From Octopus vulgaris (Eukaryota), in assembly GCA_951406725.2 (NCBI GenBank), contig OX597830.1:38812001-38876000 (forward strand): a DNA stretch of 64,000 nt, written 5' to 3'. The notes below the pieces were generated by a model. That model worked only from the letters and a program-made list of their open reading frames with translations, had not been told where the DNA came from and did not search any database. How positions within the stretch are numbered: position 1 is the first letter of the stretch; each line of letters opens with the position of its first letter. A program made the position numbers and the translations under genes. This document shows positions 12,851-27,329 of the stretch, in pieces.

Positions 12851-14623
12851 TGATGTCGTATTAGTGAAGTACACAGTCATTAAATTTCAGGAATATAATG
12901 AAGTGTTTTGCGGTCTCACCATATTACAAATCATACAATATTTGTATATAGTACGTAGTGCATTTCCTTCAGGTATTTTCTCTCTCGCCGTGCTGTTGAC
13001 AGGGAGAGAAAGAAAGCGTGAGAAAGAGAGACAGCCAGACAGAAGAGACAGAGATAGCTCCCCGGATTTCGCAAGCTCTTTGCTATTTGGCAGCGCGGAA
13101 TACACATTTTTTTCTTTCGTCTGCTCTATAAAAAACGAGCTAACAACGCACTAACGTATATAACACCATGTTTCAAATTTTGTACAAATTGTTTGAAACT
13201 CAAAAGTTATAGTAATCAGTTAGCGTGGTAAGTTTAATATAATATTATACTGAGAGGTAGGATAAACATTATCGTATTGAGTGACATCTAACTTTATTTG
13301 ATTTTCTTTTTAAAAAAATAACACAGTGTTAAATAATTCACAGTATTGAAAGGTTTGATTGAAATCGAGACTAACGTAAATATAATTTACAGTAGTATTA
13401 AATATATACCTTTGTAAACTTAATTTTTTTTTCATTCCTGTTTCTGACTTATAATTGCACTCTGCTTGTGTTTTACTACGTAGCCAATAAAACAGGCTGT
13501 AATCTGCATCTGTTTACATATACTTCAAACGTGTCCGTCAGTGGATTTGTGGAGAAAATAGAAAATTTATACGATTTTATATGGATTTGCTCTTATACGT
13601 GTCAAATGTATATTTTGGGGTGATTTCATTATGCAATACCTTCAACTAGAAAATATTTTCCCTGTGAAATCTCATTGATTAAAATGCACAACCTAACTAC
13701 CGTTAATGTAGTCCAAGTGAATATATATTTGCTTGTAGCACGTATAATACACACATACACACATACGCACGCACACATACGCACTCACACACACACACAT
13801 ATGTATATATATATATATATACGTACTAACAAATAGATACATGCGCATATTTTTATACTTGTATGTATATATTTGTAATTTTGGATTGAAACATATTTGT
13901 GTGTGTTGCCCATATATGTAGCTACAAATAATTGTCTAAAAGGGCTTTAATACGTTAGATAAATCCAAACTTTTTGCCCATGTAATTTTAACCTGAGGCA
14001 AAGAGAACATCTGGAATTACTCATAATAAACAAACAGTATTTTATGGCGAGGATTATATTTCCTTGCTGCTATAAAGAAAACAAATAGAATATTATTTCC
14101 ATTTAATTATTCCAGTGATATTATATTTCTCTGTAGATCCAACTTCATATTTAATAGTTTCAAATGTAAGCAAGAACACATGCAAATTTCCAATATATTC
14201 TGAAAATTCTTATAACCTTTAAAAGAAAATAGGAATACTTAATTTTTATAAATATCCTTCGGCTATATGGATTTCAGTAATAACAACTAAAGAACACTGA
14301 TTTTATTTGTAGATTTTGTAAACATCATTTACCAAGTAGTTCTCTGTTGAAATATATTTTCCAAATGGGAACAGATTTCAAAAATATTAAATGTCTGGGA
14401 ACGTTTTGATTTACTCGCTAGAAATAAATCAATGGACCACCACCTTGTAATGTCAGACTGCAATTATTTACATTAACTATTATATATTCCACCATTACCA
14501 TTTGGTAGGCTTTCTTCATATATTATCTTGATCTATTACTTATTTCCCTTGTTAAAACGTATTAAAAATACAATTTATCTACTGTTATTGACGTCTTTAG
14601 AAATAGACTATTAGTTAGTTTCT

Positions 14624-14650
14624 ATAGATAGATAGATAGATAAATAGATG

Positions 14651-14741
<91 letters not shown>

Positions 14742-14783
14742 GGATGGATGGATGGATGGATGGATAGATAGACGGATAGATAG
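14624..14783. repeat. (TAGA)n/(TGGA)n tetranucleotide repeat
   Basis: direct observation. Confidence 0.95.
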
Positions 14784-15550
14784 TGTTTAATTGAAGCTAA
14801 AATACTTCACAAATCCATAGTTCACATACGCTGTCATCAGAGAGAAATGTGCTTTATAAACAGAAGAAAGGTCTATAAATGTTTATAAATGTGAAATGAT
14901 AACTATTTGGTAACACATCATATAAACATTAAAAGCTGTCTGAACTGGTGGTTATGGCATTTGAAATTTATAAAATCTATGGGATAAAACGTTTGAGCGT
15001 TGACTAAAAACTAAGAAACGTGTTACAAACGAGACAAAATTGAATAAAATACGATTTGTAGATGTACAAGGTAATAGATATAACACTAAAACAAAGAGGA
15101 ATATGTATTACAAAAACAGATAAATACGTTTCCTATAATGAGGTTATTGATTGGGGATAATTAATTACATTGGGAATACTTTCGATGTAGTGAAACACGA
15201 TGCACCAATGCATACACGCAAACTGCTATGAGCATCTTGGAAAATTTTCATAAGGATGAGAATAGGTTTTGATAATAAATGTATATTTATGTATAGTTAC
15301 CGAATTTCTTTCAGAAAATGTAGTTATTGGAGCAGATTATTTTGCATTCTTATATTTTCTAACCAAATACAAAGAACTTGGAATAGATTATTCGCATAGC
15401 TTGTACTACAGTGTGTAGGGAATATTTACTATTAAATGAATAGGTTTAATACTATGGTGTTGATATGATACGAATAATAGTTGTAATAAATGTGGAGGTT
15501 TTAAGTTTGATGAATTACCAGGTATTTGAAGTTTCATATGCTCAGTATAT

Positions 15551-15913
15551 TATTACCTCCGCCTTAGTAAAGGCCGAGTTATTGCTTTCAGTCGATTTTG
15601 TTTGACCGTGGAAAAATATCTAAAGAAACGCTGGATGGATTCGGATGAAACGTTCAGAGTTGTTTGGCTTCGTGACTGGCACCAACAAAATAGATTTTGG
15701 AGTCGATCCGATACCGGACAATGATTCTGGATTATATTTCCTTTTTTTGTTACTTAATTCTTGAGAGTGGTCAGGTTCATATTTAGTATTCTCGTTTGTG
15801 AGAGCGGTTGAGTTTATTTCAGACACTCTCATTTTAAAAATCATCTCCGCCTAATCATTGAGAAGACGCTTGTGTTACCTTGGCGGAGGTTTGCGCTCAC
15901 TGAGTGCTCTTGT
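15551..15913 (+). mobile_element. Helentron-type non-autonomous element (HINE/DINE-1-like)
   Basis: Sub-terminal IR ACCTCCGCC (15555-63)/GGCGGAGGT (15882-90), 3' stem-loop GCGCTCACTGAGTGC (15893-907), TT-rich flanks. Confidence 0.7.
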
Positions 15914-15914
15914 T

Positions 15915-17510
15915 ATTATTATTTCTCTTTGTCACTGGTTTTGTTGGAGCTTCTGGGGCCTTACGTGCGTAACGGACTTGCTACCTGCAGCCTACGGTAC
16001 CATGCTATCCATTCTTTTCAGCTGTCTCATACTTTCCTGCTTATTCTGGCATTGCCAAGGGGGAAAAACTTTTGTAACAGCTCTACTGGGCACTCTATTC
16101 CAAGTTTCTTTATATTCCCATTGATGACAAGGACGCACCATAAATTCTTCATTTTCCATAGCCTGGCTATTTTGTACTTAAGACGGTTGTGTTCATCTAT
16201 CTTTCACATACCTACTTGACTATTCGTGGATCAATGGGGCATGCAACATCAACTATATAACATAAGTAGTGCATCTTGTCTACCAAAACTAGGTTCGGTT
16301 TGTTATGCCCTAGCACCTGATCTGTTTGGATTAGGAAATCCCAAAGGATTTTACTTGTCTCCGACTCCGCCACTCTCTATGATTTGTGCTCATTCCAAGT
16401 CTTGCCTCTCTCTAGCTCCCACTATTCGCAGTTTCCAATGTAGCACTTTCGCTACCTGATCGTGTCGCCGCAATTTGCAGTAGTTTTGGCCAAGTCTAGG
16501 GCATTCGTTCGTGATATGGGAAATGTCTTCATCCACTCTATTGCAGATGCGGCACAGCGGAAACATTTGCTCGTTCCTAAGGTTTACCCTCCAATTCGTG
16601 GCCAAAGCTTCGTTATGCGCTGCCCGTATTGTGCCCACGGTCTCTTTTTTTGTGTTCTTTTCATCAGCCAATCCCACCTATTTTCCCACCAACTTTTGTC
16701 GTGCCTACATAGAATTATGTAGTTTCTTCTTGCGTTATTCTTCTTCATGCCCTTTTTGTACTTGTTCCTTTGTTTTCCTTTTTTCTCTGCTCGGAACACT
16801 CTCTCGTTCCTAACTGTCACTAACAAGGTTTCCTTATTTTGGGCTAGATATCTCATTAAGCTCTTGAGTTCGATACGCACGCAGTCTTCCGCATTTATCA
16901 GTCCTCTTTCTCCATTTGCTTTCTTCATGTATAGGCGATCAGTGTCTGCACGTGGCTGATGGGCACTATGCATCTTTAGAAGCTTTCTTGAGTTCCTGTC
17001 CATCTCCTTTAGTTCCTCCTCTCTCCACTTCAGGATTCCAGCGCCATACCGATCTACTGCGACTGCGCCGGAGATTATTGCCAGGATTATGTTTCTGGCA
17101 TTTAGCTTTGATGTCAATATTTTTCTCACTCACCCCAGATACTCTCTTTCTGTCTTTTCCTTTAAGTTATTCTGTTTGATTCCATCTGCTTCAAATATTC
17201 CCAGATATTTATAGCTGGACTGAAGTGGAATTGCCTCCATTATTTCACCACTTGTCAACCATAAGTCTTCTGTTCTGAAAAGATTTCCTCGTCTCACCGC
17301 CATCAGCATCATTCTTGTACTCCTTGTCTTTGCTCCACACGTCACTCCAAAACTTTTGACTTTCAATGTTATCTGGTATCAACTTTTCATCTGTACACTC
17401 TCCATTTATTTCTTTGTAGAGTCCCTTCTGACCTACTCTGCATAACATGTTCTGCTGGTATCCCTCCAGTCTTTGGTCGACTTTTCGTTAGATCCCTTCA
17501 TGACCGATAA
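15915..17510 (-). mobile_element. R4/Dong-type LINE (RLE clade), internally deleted and frameshifted
   Basis: YKYLGIFEAD, KLNARNIILAI, CRICNRVDEDISHITNEC (CCHC), RRHDQVAKVLHW, then an RLE-like region and a 3' TAA tail. Confidence 0.85.
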
Positions 17511-17984
17511 AATAAGTAGCATCTGACCAATGATATCGATGTAATAAACATATCCCCGCCACCGAAATTGCTGGTCTTGTGCCGATATTTGAAACCAATA
17601 TTGATAACTTAATAACTTTATATGACATTTAAAATATATTGACATCTTTTATGTAAACGAAACATGGCATATTCTTTAAAGTCGTCAAGGCCCTTTCGAT
17701 AAATTGGAATCATTATGTTTAAGTGCTGAATGAATATTTAAATTCTATATTGATCTTTCAATTTTTAGAATTTAAACTATAGTGTATTAAAATAAGAGTA
17801 TCCATTAGTCTAATGTTATTTCTTTTTGTGAATTATCTATTTAGCATTTTAATTACTTAGTAACAATCCCTTTACTGTAAACGATATTGAAAATCGATTA
17901 ACCAAATGGAACGTGATACCTTCTATGGACGAAGAAATGTTTCTTTCCTGAGCTGTTCACGCTTATTGGCTCTTATTTATAGAC

Positions 17985-18078
17985 ATTTAGACAGGCAGAC
18001 ATACAAACAGACAGACAGATAAACAGATAGAAAGGTAGCTAGCTAGCTAGCTAGCTAGCTAGCTAGCTAGCTAGACAG

Positions 18079-18130
<52 letters not shown>
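17985..18130. repeat. (ACAG)n/(AGCT)n/(AG)n compound microsatellite
   Basis: direct observation. Confidence 0.9.
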
Positions 18131-18133
<3 letters not shown>

Positions 18134-18259
18134 GTAATAACTTCCAAACGTATAATACATTATTCAAATCAGTGTCGAATTTTTTTCCTCGGCTTCCCGA
18201 AGCATATACTTACATGCATCAGCCAACACACTAAAACGCACAAACATACACATATGTAC

Positions 18260-18275
18260 AAACACACACATATAC

Positions 18276-18365
<90 letters not shown>
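18260..18365. repeat. (CA)n(TA)n microsatellite
   Basis: direct observation. Confidence 0.95.
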
Positions 18366-18366
<1 letters not shown>

Positions 18367-19731
18367 TATATCGTATGTAAATGTGCGTGTGCATGAGTTT
18401 GCGTATGAACCTATGTTTTCGTCTTTTGAAAAGAGATTAAATCATTTTCAAATACTTTTCACACTTCCTTCTTTTTATTTAAACCTCTGCGTGCTGGTGT
18501 CGTTGTAATAACTTATGATTTGGGGCATTATAATCATAGACTTTTCCTACGCCGTTTATTCGTGTCAGGATTTCAAATTTTAGTAGTTTCATAGAATGCT
18601 TCATGTTTCGAGTTTAATGAATTTATATGGTGACGTATTTGAAATAGATTCCGCTGTCTTCAATTCGCACATATAAATGCATAGCAAATTAGACCCCATA
18701 CTAAATTTTACTTCAAATACTATTTATATCAATTATGCAAAACAAGGCAATTGGTTTTCTTTTTCACAAATGGATATAACAATAAAGAAATGTTCAGTAA
18801 TTTTTGGTTAACTAAGGAATTTGCAGTAAGTTGGCAACTGTTTTAATCCAGATCGATGAATGGCTCAGATCCTTTAAAAATGATAGAACTTGTCTTCAAA
18901 TTATCTTTGGCACGATACAAGATCTGAAAAGAGAGTAGATTATTTTGCAATTTTTCCAACAAACCGAAGTTCATAAGTGGAGATTAGATTTTGAAAGTGA
19001 CGGAAATATACTTAATCGTTTATAGCATCTTTGCAATTGACAGTAATATGTGCATTTTAAAAGAAAAATACTTATATAATACGATGGCGTCTCCGAAAAT
19101 GGAGACTGGGTGTTAGTTGTATTAATGTCAGATGTAGATAAATATATTTTATAGCATATGCGCAATGGATCTGTGATCCTACATTTTTCTTTTGACGCAG
19201 ATCAAAGGGTATTCGAAGTGAGAATCAAGTAATACAAAATATGTACTGATTCGCATTTTATTAAGTTTTCTATTTAGGTCATTATGTTATGATAACATCA
19301 TAAGATGCTATATCTGAAAAAAAGGGGAGGCGCAAAAATACGGGTTGGTCATAGTTGGAACCCTTTGATCCTCGACCGGGTTTATCAGGATGACCTGAGT
19401 TAAATAGCAATAACAATATATTTGTAATATTGATTATAGACACAAAGCATATATTTTGGGGTGAGTGGAGGGTATAATCATTTATATCGATCTCCAATAC
19501 TTGATCGATGTATTTTCTCGACCGTGGAAGAACAGACGGCTTGTTTTGAATTCCGGTGAGGGTTGAAACCCGAACGTATAGGACCGTATCCCTAAACATT
19601 CTAACAGTCCTTTACCAAGCCCTTGTCAGCATGTAATATCATCTGATCCACATTATCTCTCTATTATTTGTCCACGCGTAATAATATATCATCAAGGTGA
19701 CATAGTTAAACTTCGACGAAAAATATAATGT

Positions 19732-20100
19732 AAAGCTGGCAGAATCGGTAGTGCATCGGATAAAATGCCTAGCGTCATTTCTTACGAATCTTTACGTTCC
19801 GTGTTCGAATATTGCTGAGCTTTCCTTCTTTCGGGCGGCGCTTATAGAATAAGTACCAGTTGAATACAATCGACTAGTTCTTCCCATCAGCTTCAGGCCT
19901 TGTACTTACTGGGGAAAGAAATATTATTAAGGAAGGGGGTGGGGCAAGCTGTTCGTGCGTCGAACAAAATACCTTGTGGCATTTCTTCCGACTCCTCACG
20001 TTACCGTCGTCGTCGACTTTACCTTTCATGATCAATTAAGTACCAGTCAATGTAATCGATTAACACCTCCTCCCAAATTGTTGGTCTTGTGCCAAAGTTT
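19732..20100 (+). mobile_element. Two degenerate Nin/Deu-type SINE copies in tandem
   Basis: AGCTGGCAGAATCGGTAG head; AAGTACCAG; GGCCTTGT/GGTCTTGTGCC tails. Confidence 0.55.
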
Positions 20101-20599
20101 TGTGCAATTTTATTTTTTATATCGAAACTAAATATATAGTTTTAGCTCTCAAGGTGAACTCCAAGTAATTACCAATGATGAAAGGTATTCTAGATTTGAC
20201 CATCCCAAGTGTGACACCTACTCCAAAGGCACGACGAAGTGGTGGGCAGTTAAAATGTTTTAAAACGTGGATTTTTCAGAAAATAAGATTTAATGCGAAT
20301 TACATGTATTTTAGAGTGACGAAAATTACCGAGACCCCTCCAAAAATTTACCATCGAAATTTCATTTTATTCTCGACAGCTATTTCGAAAGCCTGCCGTA
20401 TTATTATTATTATTCTGTCTGTTTAGGACTTTGTTATATGGGACGGTGATGTTTACATTTTAGCTATGTTAACTACGTCACAAAATAGCTGTTTACGTCA
20501 CAGTAACAATATTTTGAGAAGCAGTAAATAATATGAGGCCGAAAGAAAGAATATCATTGGTTAAAATTCGAATTTTTAAACAACGTTAAACTTAGAAAT

Positions 20600-20719
20600 T
20601 ACAATTCTGTTTTCATTTTGGTTTACAATTATGTTTTCTTTTGACACATTCTAACAGTATACGAAGTATCAAATTGTTTAGTTAACTAGGAAAATCTGGC
20701 TTTCAAAAGGAAAAGATCC
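20600..20719. mobile_element. One terminal repeat of the GGATC-foldback DNA transposon family (see 55305-55756)
   Basis: ACACATTCTAACAGTATACGAAG...TTTAGTTAACTAG...TTCAAAAGGAAAAGATCC matches the right TIR of the 55305 element. Confidence 0.7.
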
Positions 20720-21932
20720 GAGTGTAACACTGTTGCATATGCGCAGCCTCAGTTATATGATAATATTGGGTGCTAACAGTGTAATACAAATTGTGATATG
20801 GGTGTTGTGATACATAAAAATAAATATATGTTTCATTTGTATGTAAATTTGGAAGTTTAAAGCTTTCTCCTTCTCATATTCATCTGCTCCATATTTGTTT
20901 ACGAGAAGCAAGTGTTCGAGTTTATTGAATAATTGTTTAATCTTCCTTAACTTTCCACTCACCAGCCATTGCTCTCCCCGACAGTATCGTGGGAATTGTT
21001 TGAAAACTATGCTACACAATATGGACGAACTTAAAATCACGAGATTATAAAAAAATATGTAATAACCACAAAGCCAAATATAAACCATAGTTTGCTGGCA
21101 GCTTCATAATTCTCCTGTTATAATTTACGACTTCTTTTCTGATCAAGTGCAGGTCACAACAGATATTTATTTTCTAATTTTAGTCCAGAAATAATTATTA
21201 ACGTTGGAACTCATGTTCTCTTATTTTGTCTCTGTCGAGGCTTATAGAACGCAGACTAGAGATTGCGTTTTCTGTCCTTTGTCCTCGTTTGTATATCTTT
21301 CAGTTTATTTTGATTTTAATTTCTGTTATATTTGCCTTCATTGTTGTTTTTGCATTTTTTCTGAAGCATTCGGATCAATGAAATATGAACAAGCTTTTTA
21401 GTTTCCAGTCTATTGTTTCAGTTATTTTATTTCTTTTTGTTTAATATGTCCTTCATATTTCTATATCATAATAATCGGCTTCACATTCCTTCATTCTAAG
21501 AATGATCCTAGACACATAGTCGTTACTTTGTAATGGTTCTCTCTATCAGTCTTTGCACTTCATTTTATAGCATACTTGTATCATATATATATCGAATTTA
21601 CGCTAATGGACTTGGAAACGTTGGCATTACTCCTCTAGTTTACTTGTCTAACCACTTCAATTCACTTAACTTACAATTTATTATGTTGAATCAGTAGATT
21701 GGGACTAAAACAGGTAGTTTATTTCTAAGTGTTATCTTCTGAAATGATTTCAGTTTTAAACATTTTCTTGGTCTTCTCTCGTAAACGTTTTTAATGTTCC
21801 CCCATTTATGCTACATTTTCCCTAAGTAGCTGCAATGATGTTTCTCCGAGTTCATGTTTTGACTTACTTGCATGTTCTCAATCTCTAGCACTTTACCTAT
21901 TCTTTGACTGTTTTGCACAAATCATACTCTTT

Positions 21933-22236
21933 TATATCACCGTGATCACCGTGACCGACCAGGCTATCAGATGTTGTTACACATCGTTGGTCAAAACGCA
22001 TTGTTTTAGCCTTCAAATGACGCCAGCCCGCTGGCTAAGCGAGAAGGCCAACAGTAGAAAGAGTGAGAGAAAGTTGTGGCGAAAGAGTACAGCAGGGATC
22101 GCCAACACCCCCTGCCGGAGCCTCGTGGAGCTTTAGGTGTTTTCGCTCAATAAACACTCACAACGCCCGGTTTGGGAATCAAAACCGCGATCCTACAACC
22201 GCGAGTTCGCTGCCCTAACCACTGGGCCATTGCGCC
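21933..22236 (-). mobile_element. tRNA-derived SINE (family C, probably octopus OR-type)
   Basis: Minus strand GGCGCAATGGCCCAGTGGTTAGGGCAGCG (A box), GGTTTTGATTCCC (B box), 3' (TCACGGTGA)2 tail. Confidence 0.75.
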
Positions 22237-23929
22237 TCTTTTATATATCTTTACTAATTTCATAAATGAATATATCACTTCCTCCAACCGGACGTTTTCG
22301 TTCCCAAGTTAAAAGCAAATGATATGTAATACAACTATAGTATTTATAAACTATAAACGATTTTCAGCAGCAAATTTCTAATTAGAGTCAAACAATATCG
22401 ATGAGGATAAGGAATAAGGTTTATCTGATGTATTTATTTTATTCTCTGTGCAGAGAATTTTATTTCCTTTATCTTTATTTTGTTTGTTTTCCCAGTTAAG
22501 TTATAGTTACCGACATAGGGGATCCATATAAAGAGCTACAGCTGCACATTTATAATTTATTTTTCAGTTTTCCAATATGAATGAAAGAAGTATATAATCA
22601 AAAACTTTCCTGTATTCATGATTGGCATAAAATATTTTTTTCTTTATCCTGTGTTAAATTATTGCCAAAAAACCGCCACTCACTGCACTTTACAGCTACA
22701 CAATTATTTTTGCCATCATTTCGCCACATAGCGAAATATGTTATTAGTTTCCGCCAGTTAATAATGGTATATTGACGTATGGGCTGCGGTTGTTCTCAAG
22801 ATACAAGTAAAGATAACTGCTTTTATCAGAAGGTTCATGGTATTCTTCTTTCGGTGGAAACAATTTTAATTTCCTTTCCTCTTACCAATCAAGTGATAAT
22901 TATGGCCTTTTCATTAATTCCTTGAATAACGTTGCTATAAATTCATGAAGACTGATTAGATATTCTCGGAGAATGTGAAAGCTTAACCACTTCCAAGCGA
23001 GATTAAGTTGATTGAAATCTTTTATCGTGTTTCTCATTTTCACACTAATTATCGTACACCTAGAGGGTAATATTATTGCTAGATTTATTTTATTTTATTT
23101 TTACATAGTACTGAATATATTTAGACCAATATCTTTTCTCAGTATGCTTCAACATCCGATGAAGACAGTGTTATAATATTGTTTATTGACATACCCAAAC
23201 CTGCGTTTCGGAATTTACTTAAAATACGTGATTCATCTCAAAGAAGACAGCATGCATTCAAAACGTCTCTTCTGAGGTCGCTTTGTGGAAATAATTTGCT
23301 AAAGTATTCGTTTCACTTCAGGATGTATTCTTTTATAATAATGCTATATTTTCCCATTATTCTTTTGTTTCCATTTATGTTTCTGTTCTTCGATATTTTT
23401 TCTCTGCGTAGCAATATATGTTCGCATTTATTATCAATGTTATACAATGTTTCGTCGTCACTGATTTCGTTAGGTATTGATTGGCTGAGTAGATTTTTAT
23501 ACGTTCAGGTGTAAACCGATTACCCTCGACAGTACAAAGGCTAATGAAACGATTAAAACCTCCCCACGAGGGATTTACAGGTTACTTCACATTTAAATGA
23601 TTTCTTGTTGAACATTGTATAAAGTTATTCAATCATATAATATTTGTTTCACCGTAATTTGAGCAAAGATCTCCGTTCATCCATGCTTACTGATTATGAT
23701 TTAGTCGCACACTCTTGTTTTTTTTTTTATTTAAACAAAAATTACTTCTTATATAGTTCCCTTAATATTAAATGTTATTAATATTCTGTTGTGTACTTTG
23801 TCTTCTGTTTGTTTTAAAGTGTGGAGTGGAACTTACATATAATTTTTGGCGGTTAATTGCATAATTATTTCAATGGGTATTTGTGAGGCCCTTCTGTTTC
23901 GTTTCAGTTTTCCTTCATTTTGATGCGAT

Positions 23930-24101
23930 GGTGTCGGAGCGGCTGTGTGGTAAGTAGCTTGCTTACGAACCACATGGTTTCGGGTTCAGTCCCACTGCGT
24001 GGCACCTTGGGCAAGTGTCTTCTACTATAGCCGACTAAAGTACTTGTGAGTGGATTTGGTAGACGGAAACTGAAAGAAGCCCGTCGTATATATGTATGTA
24101 T

Positions 24102-24167
<66 letters not shown>

Positions 24168-24389
24168 GCATGTTTGTGTATGTTTGTGTGTCTGTGTTTG
24201 TTCCCCCAACATCGCTTGACAACCGATGCTGGTGTGTTTACGTACCCGTAACTTAGCGGTTTCGGCAAAAACGACCGATAGAATAAGTACTAGGCTTACA
24301 AAGAATAAGTCCTAGGGTCGATTTGCTCGACTAAAGGCGGTGCTCCAGCATGGCCACAGTCAAGTGACTGAAACAAGTAAAAGAGTAAA
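23930..24389 (+). mobile_element. Full-length tRNA-derived SINE (family A)
   Basis: GGCTGTGTGGTAAG...GGTTTCGGGTTCAGTCCC...internal (TA)n...GAAACAAGTAAAAGAGTAAA. Confidence 0.85.
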
Positions 24390-25654
24390 TAGTAAAGAGC
24401 AATGGTTTCATTCATGTATTTTACCTCATATTGCAGGGACTGTAGTGCTACCAAATTTAGATTGTAATTCCTCATGTTATCGTTTTGTTTTCGTTTGTAT
24501 AAGTGGATGTGAATGAGAACCAAGTTGATAGATGTTGTTGCTTCGAGTGCGACTACATTAATTAGCATTTGAATTATCACAAAGAATACGGATTACCGCC
24601 GTCATTGTCAGTGATGCAGTTAATTATTCTATAACCTGTTATACTTTTAGTATTATCTATTACACTGGAGGTAACGCTTTGTCAGTTTTTTCAAAGTTCT
24701 TTCCATTGCTTCCCTATTACTCATTGCTACCTCTGGTTTCTCTGGTTTTCACGAAGTTTCCTAGTTCTGGTGTGTATTTGAAATTATATATGATGTGTAT
24801 GACTTTTATTTGTTTATCTTACTATATATAAAATGCGTCTATAACGATGTTTGAATGTACGCACCGTAGTGTGTATATTCCTGACTGTTACGTTGTTATA
24901 TTGTGGTGTTTTGAAGTTTGTTAAAGTACATTTGCGTTCTTCATTTATATGATTTCATAATAGTTATAAATGACAGGTTTTAGTAGCACAGTTCAGAGAC
25001 TGTAGGCCCATGTATTAGAAGTATGCGTTGGCATGATTTTGTATGTTAATTGTCTATGTTTCGAGCGGAATAGAATTCTACTTTCGGTATTATTACGCAA
25101 TTTATTTTGTTATCTGTTAGATTTGGAAATCATTTTGATATATTGATAAGGTAGAAATTCCTAGGAGTAAAGAATAGTGTAATCACCAAATACAATGAAG
25201 TCAGACTAACTAGACAGGGGTTACCATTGTGTTATATTGCATATAATACATAGCTTATAATGTAAAGCATATAATATATGTAATGTAACACAATATACTA
25301 TATAATGTCATATATAAAGGGTAAGTTATAAAGGATACGACGTCCGAGTTAAATTTGCACCACCAAATCTAAATGATAAATATAATATAATTAGTTTCGA
25401 AAATACTTAAATTCTTAAATACTAAAGTCTAATCCATTATTAATAAGGTTGTTCATGTCTCTGTACTTGTGAAATTTCCATGAGATTTTATGAGATGTGT
25501 GTGTGTGTGTGTATATGTGTGTGTGCGTGTGTGTGAGTGTATGTGCGTGTGTTTGTGTGTGCGCGCGCGTGTGTGTATGTACGTATGTACTGTTAGCAAC
25601 CTCGTCACTGCTAGGCTACATTTTGAATATAGGCGAAATGCTGATTTCAAAATG

Positions 25655-25852
25655 TGGCACAAAGCCACCAGTTCCGGGGAAATGAGACAAGTCAAATTCC
25701 AGATGTAATCGGCTGGAAGTTAAATTATGGATCCCCCCAGAAAAGGTAACAACAAATTTACCTTGGCGGAATTTGAACTCAGAACAAAAAGACAGAAGAA
25801 ATGTCGCTAAGCATTTTACCTGGCATGCTAACGATTCTGCCAGCTCGCCACC
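25655..25852 (-). mobile_element. Nin/Deu-type SINE
   Basis: Reverse complement GGTGGCGAGCTGGCAGAATCGTTAGCATGCC...TTCTGAGTTCAAATTCCGCC. Confidence 0.7.
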
Positions 25853-26291
25853 TTATATAGAAAAAAATCACCCGCAGATCAGGGATTTTCTCAATTGTGA
25901 TCTGAACGGTTATTTGGCCTGTTAGTAATGATAACGAAACACTCACGGAGTCACATTAAAATAGCATTGCTCATTGCACTGATAGACTTAGTCTGTCTGA
26001 GAAGAAATCACGGAGCTGTTAACGTGGAAACCTATTTGAACATATATCACAAACTTTGAACTAACGTAGTATTAAACTGCAGCAACATTGTATGCATACC
26101 TCTAATAACATACTTTGCTTTGAAAATGACTAGTTCTCCAATATAGATTGTGATATACATTCTCGTATGAATATATTAAATAAATATATTAAATGAATGA
26201 ATGATCACACAGTATAGATACTATCAACTATAATCAGCATGTATTACATTTTCACATTGAACTCTACCTCTATATATATATCTTCTTCAAG

Positions 26292-26650
26292 CCGGCGAAC
26301 TGGCAGAAACGTTAGCACGCCGGGAGACGTTCTGAGTTCAAATTCCACCGAGGTCGATTTTATCTTTCATCCTTTTGGGATCGATTAAATAAGTACCAGT
26401 TACGCACTGGGGTCGATATAATCGACTTAATCCGTTTGTATGTCCTTGTTTGTCCTCTCTGTATTTAGCCCCTTGTGGGTAGTAAAGAAATAGGTATTTC
26501 GACTGTCTGTACCTTCTGAGTTCAAATTCCACCGAGATCGAATTTGCCTTTCCTCTTTTCAGGGTCGATAAATTAAGTATCAATAGCGTACTGGGATCGA
26601 CTGGCCCCTCCCCCAAAATTTTGGGCCTTATGTCTAGAGTAGAAAAGAAT
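26292..26650 (+). mobile_element. Nin/Deu-type SINE with internal tandem dimer
   Basis: One head, two copies of TTCTGAGTTCAAATTCCACCGAG...GTCGAT core. Confidence 0.8.
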
Positions 26651-27329
26651 ATATCTACATCTTCCATGCCCTTCCTAAATATCGGTCTGTCTCTTTTTTT
26701 CGCTCTTCCTCTCTTTTCTCCCTCTCTTCACTCACTTCCTCCTCAGCTCTTTCTTTCTCTTATCTATTTCTGTTGTACTTATTTTGATTTAATGTATGTT
26801 TTGTGAGTGGATCCCACATGAAAGGAATTGAAACAATTGTTTCCAATATACTTTCATTGTAGAAAGTTAATGAGAGCATAGTTGGAAAGTATTACTTTCA
26901 CAACGAAAAGCTTCATCTCTTTTGTGGAGAAAAATACATATATAGCCTAAAATAATATTAAGAGCAAGAAATCATTTTATAATTTGAACGAATGTATCGA
27001 GTAAGAGATTGGATTCAATTTCTTAACTACTTATGACAATAAGGATTCCAAATATTCTGAGACCTTTATATTTCAAAGTAAATTGAATATGTGAAATAAA
27101 ACCATGAGGTACTTCATAACTGTTGCAGAAGACTTCAAATAAATTATTGTGCAGATTTCTTATGGTTACTTATTCTAATACAAATCATCCAACAATCGAA
27201 TTTCTGTTCTATGCCAGATTACCTACATTGGTATAATCCCAAACAAGGATTGTAGGGATATGTAATCGATTGGCCTGACTGTACACTGTAGGAGATATGT
27301 AATCTACTAATAGTCTTTTCTGCAATATG

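Noticed and set aside
14800-14845. Minus-strand CTGATGA hammerhead candidate
   Set aside because: No convincing stem II, GAAA core or stem I pairing
22165-22236. tRNA gene
   Set aside because: tRNA-like head continues into a SINE body and tail; no proper acceptor stem
24900-25230. Possible decayed PLE/LINE coding remnant
   Set aside because: Only vague motif resemblance with stops; cannot be supported without alignment
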